Assembly (NCBI GenBank): GCA_038087875.1
Contig: CM075992.1
Span: 6,822,001 to 6,886,000, forward strand
DNA from: Malacoraja senta
Taxonomy: Eukaryota
DNA: 64,000 nucleotides
Reading direction: 5' to 3'
Part shown: piece after piece, positions 49,747 to 59,831 of the stretch
How the letters are laid out: each line of letters opens with the position of its first letter
Position numbering within the stretch: position 1 is the first letter of the stretch
Made by a program: the position numbers and the translations under genes
Notes under the pieces: generated by a model
Told to the model about the DNA's origin: nothing
Databases searched by the model: none
What the model saw: the letters and a program-made list of their open reading frames with translations, nothing else

Positions 49747-49886
49747 ATTTGGAGAATCAGAGACTCTATTGGGTAGACTCCAAATTGCACACTTTGTCCA
49801 GTATTGGTGTTGCTGGTGACAACAGGAAGACCTTGATCATCTCAGAAGACAAGTTGGCTCATCCCTTTTCTCTGGCTCTATTTGAG
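49747..49886 (+). CDS. LDLR: LDLR exon 12 ([10 protein letters not shown]...[11 protein letters not shown])
   Basis: 140 nt; both propeller histidines implicated in pH-dependent ligand release are present. Confidence 0.96.
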
Positions 49887-50374
49887 GTGAGTGGCTGGGA
49901 CACTGCACTGACAGATTCAGCTTGCTGTCAAGGTTAAAAGGAAAAGTGAGCGAAATAAAGTTGCGGAGGGATCAGCAGGTCAGGCAGCATCTGTGGTGGG
50001 AATGCTCCCATCACTCCAATACAAAAATCTGAAGGGTCATAACCCAAAATTTGGTCTGTCCATTCCTAAAACAGGTGCTGCCTGACTGAGTTCCTCCAGC
50101 ACTTTGTGGTTTACTCAAACCTTCAGTGTCTGCAGGTCCTTGTGTCTCTATTAAGGGAAAGGTTTTTGGGGGGAAATCCAGCTCTCTTGCTGGTTATCTC
50201 GAGTGAAATTTTGCTGTAATTTCAAAGGGCCAGACTAAAGCTTCTGGTTGTTCTTTCAAACCAAGGATTTATAAATTGCATTGAAAAATATCCTGTTCTT
50301 TTACCTGGAGCTTTGAATATCTTTGTACGTTTTCCAGAGCTGATGCCTTTACTAATGTTTATTTTTGTTTGTAG

Positions 50375-50516
50375 GATACGGTCTTCTGGACAGACGTTGA
50401 GCATGAGGCTATTTTCAGTGCCAACCGGCTCACTGGTGGTGACATTCTCACGGTCATTGAGAACCTCGACGGTCCCCAAGACATTGTCCTCTATCACCAT
50501 CTTCGGCAGCCCAAAG
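50375..50516 (+). CDS. LDLR: LDLR exon 13 (DTVFWTD...ANRLTG...LRQPK)
   Basis: 142 nt, phase 0-1. Confidence 0.96.
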
Positions 50517-51032
50517 GTTAGTTGCAAATTCAGGAGCATTTGTGGAAACTAAACAGAACAACGATTCTTTGGAGGTCCAGTTGCTCCCAATTAAAACTGG
50601 TTTGTGGCCAAAAGTCCACAACCCTCTAGCATCTTAAATCCAAAGACAAGCACCTGCAGATTACTATCTGCAGTTTCACTACCCAATTCCAGTGCTTTTC
50701 TTCAACGTATTTGAAGGCAACCCCATTTTAATCTGTTGCCGTTCCTAGGTGAACAAATTATTCATGCAGTTTGTCTGGATGAGTTTATTGACCCTATTTT
50801 AATTGCCGTTGCATTGAATATGCTTTTAACAACTCTTTCTTTCTACCCCTCCCCAAAGATGAGGGAATATCTTCAAAGGCCCTTTGTTTTTTGACCATCT
50901 ATTTGGTTAACATCCTAATCTTATGTGGCTCATTACTGACTGAATGTTCCAGTAACTTTACTATATTAAACTCTAAAAGTGACAGTCTAATTGCTGTTGT
51001 CTTGTATGTAATCACTATCTCGTTCCTCCCAG

Positions 51033-51185
51033 GTATTAACTGGTGTGAGCAGAATGGGCAGGTAAATGGTGGGTGTGAGCACCTCTGCCTTCCAGCACCA
51101 CAGATCACCTCACATTCTCCAAAGTACACGTGCGTTTGTCCTGATGGCATGCAACTGGGGTCAGACATGAAGCGCTGTGTTGCAG
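51033..51185 (+). CDS. LDLR: LDLR exon 14 (EGF-C)
   Basis: 153 nt; [37 protein letters not shown]. Confidence 0.97.
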
Positions 51186-51652
51186 GTTTGTTTGTTTTTA
51201 ATCTTTATTGGGTCTATTGTGGTTGGTTGTGTGATGCTGATTTTAGTTTAATTGAGGAGCATCAACCCTAATGACTTGCAATTGGAAACCACCTTTTATT
51301 TCTGTTTGTGTGGGGCTGGGGAGGGGGACAGTCCCAAAAATGTGGGAAAGGGTGCAAAATCAAAATGTCCATAATTAGTGTGATCAAATTATCATGGGTG
51401 GATTTTAAAAGGCCCAGATGAGCTACAAGTGAATGATGTGGGGGGGGGGGGGGGGGGGGGGTGGTATGGAAATCTAGCTACCTCTTGGAAGGAAAGTTTA
51501 TAAATAGAGTGGTAGTTTGCATTTGTTAGGGGTGTGATTGAAAGTGAAATGTTTAATTATCATTCACAATATCTCACCTTCTCCATTTTAAAATGATGAA
51601 TAGAGGTCAGATTATCACAACATACTAACCACTGAAATTGTTTTTAATTTAG

Positions 51653-51829
51653 CTGACGTTGTACCCGTCAAGTCGAGCACAGCCAAAACATCGAGTCACC
51701 GTGAGATGACCACCACAACAGCCAGCCCCACTGCAGCCAGGAAAGTCACCACCCTCGGCACCAACACTGCTCGCACCAATCCCACCACACTTCCCACAGT
51801 CCAGGAAATGCTCACCGCTTCACAGAAAG
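51653..51829 (+). CDS. LDLR: LDLR exon 15 (O-linked sugar domain)
   Basis: 177-nt Thr/Ser-rich open frame, phase 1-1; TACTAAC branch point at 51623-51629; donor AAG|gtgtga. Confidence 0.88.
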
Positions 51830-51911
51830 GTGTGACTCTTGATTACTTTCAAGAATGAATTTTGACTTTATAGTTTGCTATCGGGCCGCTTACTCTTCTT
51901 GTTTCCTGCAG

Positions 51912-51992
51912 CAGTGAAAAGTAAGATTTCGGCCGAAGCAGCTGTTGGAAAACACGGAGGAACGAATGCATTGTGGATTGTTCTACCACTGG
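51912..51992 (+). CDS. LDLR: LDLR exon 16 (start of the transmembrane segment, ALWIVLPL); alternative acceptor at 51915
   Basis: cag/cag tandem acceptor; donor G|gtaagt. Confidence 0.92.
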
Positions 51993-52305
51993 GTAAGTTC
52001 AGTCCAGACAACCTGGGGAGGTTAAATTGTAGCTGCAATACTTTGGGTGTTGAATCTGACCTTGGAATTATCACGTGCCAACAATATTGCAAGTGATGTT
52101 TGTTTTCGAACTTGATGGCCATGGATGCTGTCGGCTTCATATAGGGAGGCTCTATCTAGGATTTGAGGAGGGAACAAGATGGGGTGTGTTCTACAAAGTG
52201 CTTGAGGAAATTTCTGCTCCAAACTAGCGTAGATTTTAGCAACAGTCTGTGACCATGTACTGACATCTGGGACGGTTGATTAAACTGCTCTTCTATTTCC
52301 CCCAG

Positions 52306-52466
52306 CAATCCTGGCGCTGCTCAGCACTGCTGTGTATTTCATATGGAAAAACTGGAGACTGAAGAACACTAACAGCATCAACTTTGATAACCCTGTGTAC
52401 CAGAAGACCACTGAAGACGACGAGGTCCACATCAGCCGAAACCAGGTCGGCTACACCTATCCCACG
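52306..52466 (+). CDS. LDLR: LDLR exon 17 (end of TM segment and cytoplasmic tail, FDNPVY at 52383-52400)
   Basis: 161 nt; [41 protein letters not shown]. Confidence 0.97.
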
Positions 52467-53054
52467 GTGAGAAACTGCTGCCTGATACTTCCCCCTTTAG
52501 CTTGAAGGTCTATAAACTGCATAAAAAGTGAAAACAAATATTGGAAGATAAACCTCCCAAGTGCCAATTGTAAAAAGGCTATTATTAAAATTCTAAACCA
52601 TCACAGAAGAAATAATTTCCAGGTGGGCCATTAATGTCAGTCTGGGTTGTGACTGACCTAGACTGATGTCAAATGAGTTAAGGGTTGGATTTCTTCTGCA
52701 CTGGTATCTGGTGACCTACTTTAGACGGACAGTGCAGAAACAGATCCTTTGCTGGTCTGTGCAGACACAGTAAGGTCAATCAGCCCATACACAAATACTA
52801 TCCTACACACTAGGGACAATTTACAATTTTTATTTATTTTTTATTTTTTTACCAACGCCTTCTTTAGAGTGAGGAAAGTGGAGCACCCTCGAAAACCCAC
52901 CTGGCCACAGGCAAACCCATAGTCGGGGTCAAACCTGGGTCTCTGGTGCAGTAAGGCAGCAGCTCTACTGCTGTGCAACTGTGTTGCCCCCACAGGATTT
53001 TAAATTGCTGTTTTTGCTATTGCATGAAAATAAACAAAAGTCTTTATTTTGCAG

Positions 53055-53090
53055 AGAGCAGTCGTAAGCTTGGAAGACTTTGGTGCTTGA
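53055..53090 (+). CDS. LDLR: LDLR exon 18 coding part RAVVSLEDFGA*
   Basis: ttttgcag|AGA acceptor, VSLED motif and TGA. The summed CDS is 2589 nt (862 aa). Confidence 0.93.
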   Translation, partial: RAVVSLEDFGA

Positions 53091-54034
53091 TGCAAAGAGC
53101 CGACTGCAAAGTGCCTCACTGGAGCCATAGAACCCATGGATTGGAATGTCGGCTGTACTGTGCAGCCCCTGCACACACTCCTTTAGTTTCTCTACTGCCC
53201 TACCCCAAACTCGGCAGAACCACTCCAAATGTATTTTGGGTTTTTTTTTTGCAATCAATGTGCCATTTACTGTGGTTATTTTTAATTATGGTTTTTGTAA
53301 AGACCCCGACTTCAGATATTACTTGACTTCCTGAATGCAAAAAACTTTCTTTAGGACTCATGAAGGCGCTTGCTAAAAGTGCCACGTATCTGATGTGATC
53401 AGAAATGGACACTGATCATCGTGGGTTAATCTACTGAATGTAAAGAAGGGATTTAAATATGAAGACTGTTACAGAACTAGATTGTACATAACATTAGAGC
53501 AAGATTTTGACTTGAATTGCATGTTTTTGTAAATAACATTGTACAGCCAGGTTTAGTGGGAACGAGCTGGAGTTCCCTCTCCTCACTCACACATTAAATA
53601 ACTTGGGGTTGGTCAACAGATGGGCACTGGCCGTTTCCTATATGCTGCTGTTCAAATGATAGCTTTGAGGATTTTGTTTATATTTGGATCAACTGCAAGT
53701 TTATGTACAACTTTGTACATAATCGTATCATTATTGTAAAGAATGCTCTACTTGAGTGTTTGTACAATTCACTCCCAGGGTTATGTGCAATCCCACATTG
53801 ACCAGAGAGCATTGGAGGTATCCTTAGGCAATGTGTGCCAAGCACTGTTCTAATCCCTGTAATCACAGGACACTGCCAGTGTACCTCCACAACTGGGGCT
53901 GTCCCTCTGTTTTGAGTTGGTGCCAGCCCCACGTTTGAACCCAGCTCGCTCTTTAATTTGTAAATAACTGTAAATTGTACAAAGATTTTGCAGAAGGAAA
54001 TGTTTAATAATTTGCAGTATCGATGTATGTTTAA

Positions 54035-54048
54035 TTATTTATTTATTT
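54035..54048 (+). promoter_or_regulatory. AU-rich element in the LDLR 3' UTR
   Basis: TTATTTATTTATTT (overlapping AUUUA); a second ATTTATTTA lies at 54278-54286. Confidence 0.7.
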
Positions 54049-54289
54049 CTGTCTTCTGGAGCCGTTTATTGTGAAGCCACTGACTCCATGCAGCTTCCCC
54101 AGTGCTGCATGGAGTTGATTTCATGAAGCACTGGGCTGGGTTCAAATCAATACCTGTCCTAACTTTGTCTTTTCCTGTTTTAAAATGTAAATATTTACAA
54201 TAGCTGCTTTCTGACAGCGCATTTTTGCTAAATGGGTTTGTCTTTCTACTTGTTAAATTTACACTTGCAGAACATATATTTATTTACAA

Positions 54290-54295
54290 AATAAA
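54290..54295 (+). terminator. LDLR proximal poly(A) signal
   Basis: AATAAA ~1.2 kb after the stop codon. Confidence 0.6.
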
Positions 54296-55083
54296 AATGT
54301 TTAAAAAAAATTAGACACTAAAGCAGAACCCATTCCACTGAACCACTGCAGGATGTGTTCACGTTGGCAGGCAGCATGGCCCCCAGTTGGTTAAGAAGCA
54401 GGGATAGTGAGGAGATTTGTCAACGTGTAAAGTGATGGTGCATGCATGTGCCAATAGGTACAGGATCCTGCACAGAGCTGGGCTTGAAACTGGCTAAATT
54501 GTGACCACCTTCCATGCACACTTCAGTGTTGTGCTTCTGCTATGAATGTGATTCACTACCTATTACCCCTGCTACAAAACTTGATGGAACCCAAGGGAGT
54601 GGTTGGGTGCTTGCAACAATGTCTGGGTGTCTCTCTTGCGCGCTCTCTCTCGGCAAGGTAGCATGGTGCCCTTGTTAACAAGGCCAAGTGGCTTGCCCTG
54701 AATCCTAATGCCCAGGGTGTGTTTAACTTCAAGGTTGCCAAGCAGTTCATTAACCTACAGGATATATTGGTTAATCTTAAAATTACTTTGTCAATGTTCT
54801 GTGCAATACCTTGCTACCTCTGCTGCCATATCACTGTAAATTTGAACTTGTTGTGAGACTTTCATTGCAGTTTTTAAACGAGTTAATGGGTATATAAATC
54901 TGGAGCTGCTATTGGGTGAATCTCGCTGCAATCTGTTCAATTTAAATGTCTATCGTGCCATAATGTTTCTTTGATGCAACTGAACCTTTGTGTAAAGCAA
55001 ACTCATGAATGTCAGGCTAGGTGATCTTGTCTAAATCACAGCGTACATTTCCTTTCTTGCATTGTTTTTCCAGCGATCGGCTA

Positions 55084-55089
55084 AATAAA
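55084..55089 (+). terminator. LDLR distal poly(A) signal
   Basis: AATAAA followed by a T/GT-rich tract; repeat-derived DNA resumes after ~55170. Confidence 0.6.
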
Positions 55090-58000
55090 ATGATTTCAAA
55101 ATGATTTTGTTGCTGTACTTTGAATTTGTATTACATTTTCATCTATTTGACTGATAATTAAATCTTCAACTAGGTTTAGACAGTGGAAATGGGCCCATCA
55201 GCCCACCAAGTCCCACACTAACAAGATCCTACACTAGAGACCATTTACAGAAGCCATCCTCTCGCCCAATAACTTTTGGCTTCCATGTCCACATCTGTTT
55301 CATGCCATTCCCATGCAAAGTTATTTATACTTTGTACACTGGATGAAACCAAGTAGTTTGGTCATCAGTACAAATGCAGTGAAGTAGGGGTGCAATGAAA
55401 ATCTTGCTTACAGCAGCATCACAGGTACATAGACTCAGATACCACAAAAACGGTTACTTGCATTTTACAAGAACAGTGAAAAAGACGGCAAGAACCATTA
55501 AACGTCACACAGCATGGAAATGCCCCTTGGCCCAACTTGCTCGTGCCAACCAATATGCCCCATCTACACTAGTCTTACCTGCATACATTTGCCCATACCA
55601 CTCTAAACCTTTCCTAACCATGTACTTAACCAAATGTCATAAATGTTATTGTTCCTGCCTCGACTACCTCTTCTGATAGCTTGTTCCATATGCCCACCAC
55701 CCTCGGAGTGAAAAAATTATGCCATGGGTTCCTATTAAATCGTCCCCTCTCACCTTGAACTTGTGTCCTGCGCTTACGATACGATAACCTTTATTCATCC
55801 CCAGAGGGAAATTGCTCTGCCAACAGTCGCAACACACAACAAGGTGCGCAAAAACTTGAAATTGGATGTGAAAAATAACAGGAAAGGACAAGCGACTGTT
55901 GGCAGACTTGTGCGCACAGTGCCTAAACCGGAATGGACAAACCTGGGCAGAGGATTCTAAAAGTACAGTGCTCCCCCTGACCGATCCCCATTTGTTCTCC
56001 CACTGTCCCTCACAGCAGTCTCCCCAGGCCGGGTCCTCCTTTGTTCTTCACGTCAGACACCCGACTGGGTTCCCCTTGTTTCCCCATGCTCCACCGCCAT
56101 CAAGGTTGCCACTGCCAATGCTCCGTTGCTGCCGGGGCCCCACCACCGCCAAGGCTCCTGTTGCCGTCGAGGCTCCTACGGTTCAGACAGGCCTCCCTAC
56201 TCTAAGTAAAATACTTTATCGATTACTCATGGTTTTGTAGCCTCTAAGATTAACGTAAAACAAATATACAACTAGAAAGCAAGTCCGTGGTAGTGCAAGA
56301 GGTGGTCTAATGTTCCATTGCTGAGGTAGGATTTGGGTTGCGTAGGTCGATTCAAGAACCTGCTGGCTCTAGGAAAGAAGCTGATCTGGAACCTGCTGGT
56401 GCGGAGACTTAAAGCTTATTGCTACCTGCAGGTAGCAATGAGAAGAGTGTATAGGCCAGACAGTGGGGTTCATTGGTGATAGATACTGTCTTCCTAAGGC
56501 AGCGACTCAAATATGCTTGTGATGGTTGGGAGAGCTGTGCCTGTGATGGTCCATCACTCTGCAGCCTTTTGCTGTGTGTTTGGCATTGCTGTACCAGGCC
56601 ATGATCTAACTAGTTGGGATACTTTCCACAGTACATATGTAAAAGTTTAAGAGTATTTGGTGAAGTGCCGAATCTCTCTAAACTTTTAAGTAGAGGTGTT
56701 TGTGCACCTTTGTGATTGCATCTTAGTTCTGTGCCCAGGGCAGGCCATCTGCGATATTAATGCCTGCAGTTTGAAAGTGTCCACTGCCAGCCCACTGGTG
56801 AAAACTGGCACGTGATTGTTCTCCTGGCCACTACACACACAGTTTAAGTAATCAAGTCGAGCACAGCACATATACTGTACATAGTCGCATCACTCCACAG
56901 TTACAACAAGGTTCCATTCTGAAACTAGAGATTAGAGGCCCTTTGGCCCACCAAGTCTGCACTGGTTCAATGTTATCCCATTTTCTCATCCACTCCCTAC
57001 ATAATAGGGGTGTAGGTAGGTCACGATTACCCCGTACACTAGCACTATCCGACACATTCGGGACAATTCACAGAAGCCAATTAGCCTACAAACCTCTACA
57101 TCTTTGCAATGTGGGAGGAATCCGGAGCAGCTGGAGAAAACGCACATGGTCACAGGGAGAGCGTACAAACTCCGTACAGACAGCACCGGTAGTCGGGATT
57201 GAACCTGCGTCTCTGGCGCTGTATGACATCAACTCTACCTCTGTGCCACCATGCCACCCTCTTCCTGAAGTTCTGAAAATGAACAAGGACCTGCTGTGGC
57301 AGGGGAGTGGGCAGGCAAGGGAAGTTTGATCGGAATAGATGGGGTAGACGCCCAGAGTAGGGGAATCGAGAACCAGAGGACACAGTTTCAAGGTGAAGGG
57401 GGAAAGATTTAATCGTAGACTAAGGGGTAACTTTTTCACGCAAAGGATGGTAGGTGTATGGAATGAGCTGCCAGAGGAGGTAGTTGAGGCAGGTACTATC
57501 GCAACATGGAGAGGGCAGGTTTAGAGGGATATGGCAGGTGAGTAGTGTAGATGGGAGATGTTGGCCAGTGTTGGCAAGTTGGGCCAAGGGGCTTGTTTCC
57601 AAGCTGTGTGACTCTATGATTGCTGGCCAGCCTCACTGGCTCTGTGAGGGAGTCTTTTCACCACTCTTAGCTCTGCTCAGAATGGCCCAGCCCCTGAATA
57701 CTGTGAGTCCAGGGGATGGGGAGAGAAGGCACATGAATGTGCCTTGGTCCCACCAGGTACATGGATAGGAGAGGTTTAGAGGGATTAAGGGCAGGTAGGA
57801 CTAGTGTAGATGGGGCATCTGGGTTAGCATAGGCAAGTTGGGCCAAAGAGCCTGTTTCTGTGTTGCATGACTGCCTAAGATGCCTTCAGGAGATGGCAAA
57901 TCCATCCCACTGGTCTCCCAAGCTCTCACTCTGGGGCATCTATAAGTCAGGAGGTTGTAATCAAGGAAGGACATTCATGTGATGTAGATGAATGGTCTAT

Positions 58001-59602
58001 ATAATCCTGCCAAACATCAAGCTTTTGCAAGTGATCCAGAGTAAACCAAAACCAGAAATTATCCTGGAGGATTTCAGCTGGTATATTTAATAGGTTTTTG
58101 ATAACAGCTCTTGCAATAAACTTCAATGGAACAAAGTGATCTTTGTAATATGAGCTTTTGTTCTCAAGGTTATTTCCTTGCTGACTAGTTTCCACCAGGC
58201 TAGTGTGATTATTTGTGGACAATAGATTTGCATGCAAAATTATATGGTGACAGCAGCTCTACCAACTGCGGCTCCGTCTGTGCAGAGTTTGCACGCTCTC
58301 CCTGTGACCGTGTAGGTTTTCTCCAGGTGCTCAGGTTTCCTTCCACACTCCAGCGATGTATAGGTTTGTAGCTTAATTGGCTTCTGTAAATTGTAAATCG
58401 TAAATTGTCCCTACTATGTAGGATAGTCCTAGTATACGGGGTGATCGCTGGTTGGCGCGGACTCGGTGGGCCGAAGGGCCTGCTTCCAAGCTGTATCTCT
58501 GAAGTAATAAAAGCAATAAAGTACAGTTCCCTGAAAGTGACCATGTAGACAGGGTGGTGACGAAAGCATAGGGCATGCTTGCATTCATTAGTTGTGGCAT
58601 GGAACGATCACAAGAGGTGGAGCATCATGTTGCAATTGTACCAAATATTGGTCAGGCAAAACTTAATCAGTACTGCTAAGCAGCCTGACCAACATTTGGC
58701 ACAATTGTAACATGATGCTTTTGGAAGAATGGGATTCATCTTGAGAGGGGACAGAAAGGATTTCACAAGGTTGTTGTCGAGACTGGAGGGCATAAGTTTA
58801 CGGTGAGAGGGGAATGATTCACGGGGGACCTGAAGGACAACTTTTTCACCTAGAGGGTGGTGGGCATATGGATTGAGCTGCCAGAGGTAATGTTAGAGGC
58901 AGGTAGAATTACAATATTTAAAAGACATTTGTACATTGCTCGGAAAGATTTTACAGGGATTATGGCGCCGAACACCAGCAAATGGGATTAGCTTAGATAG
59001 GCAAATAAGGCACAATGCACTGTAGTAACTCCGGCGGTTCAGGCAGCATCCCTGAAGAATATGGATGGATGACGTTTAGGGTCGGGACCTTTTTTCAGAC
59101 TCTGTAAACCGGACTCTGTAAACTTTTTGTAAACCAGCATCTGCAGTTCCTTGTTTCTCGTTCAGATAGGCATCTTGGTTGGCATAGATGAGTTGAGCTG
59201 AAGGGCCTGTTTCCATGCTGTATTAAATCAGCAAATATAATTGAGAAAAAAGACAAACAGACTGTTTGAAGATGCATGCAATTACAGATGCTGGCAGGTG
59301 CTTGTACAGAACATAAAGTACTGGAGTAACTCAGTGGGTCAGGCAGCATCTGTGGAAAAATCGACAGCTGATGTTTCATGTCGGGTTCCTTTTTCTACCT
59401 GATTAAGGTAGAGGGGGGGGGGGGGGAGAAAGCTGGTAAAGAGGTGGGGGTGGGACACAACTTGGTGAGTGATAGGTGTATACAGGTGTGGGGATTAGAT
59501 TTACAGATGGGTGGACAAAGGCTCGAAATGGAAAGCAGACAAAAGGGTGTCAGACAAAGAGTGAAATAGGAATGAGATGTGAAGCCAGAGGGAGACATAT
59601 AA

Positions 59603-59831
59603 GGCGGGACGGTGGCGCAGCGGTAGAGTTGCTGCCTTACAGTGCCAGAGACCCGGGTTCGATCCTGACTGCGGGTGCTGTCTGTATGGAGTTTGTAACT
59701 TTTTGGCCTGGTAACTTTTTTAATTGCCCCTAGTGTGTGCACGAGTGTTAGTGTGCAGGGACCGCTGGTCGGCGCGGACTTGGTGGGCCGAAGGGCCTGT
59801 TTCTGTGCTGTATCTCTAAACTAAACTAAAC
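59603..59831 (+). mobile_element. tRNA-derived V-SINE (HE1-like), internally deleted
   Basis: A box TGGCGCAGCGG (59613), B box GGTTCGATCC (59656), (CTAAA)n tail. Confidence 0.85.

Noticed and set aside
51439..51461. Poly-G runs (also near 1352, 16884, 37263, 49286, 61250) as G-quadruplex elements
   Set aside because: Simple homopolymers with unreliable length and no further supporting context.
35655..53090. Assignment of the receptor as VLDLR or LRP8
   Set aside because: Seven LA repeats, an LDLR-type tail ([16 protein letters not shown]), SRE-1 and adjacency to SMARCA4 all point to LDLR.
54095..54110. Iron-responsive element (CAGTGC in a 3' UTR loop)
   Set aside because: The five bases flanking CAGTGC do not pair, so the IRE upper stem and C bulge cannot form.
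57947..58237. 96-aa minus-strand ORF as a downstream gene (e.g. SPC24, the human neighbour)
   Set aside because: No recognisable homology or splice structure. I found no convincing exon between 55100 and 64000.
59603..59680. tRNA gene calls at A/B-box-containing heads
   Set aside because: They continue into the V-domain and LINE-like tail, so they are SINE heads rather than tRNAs.
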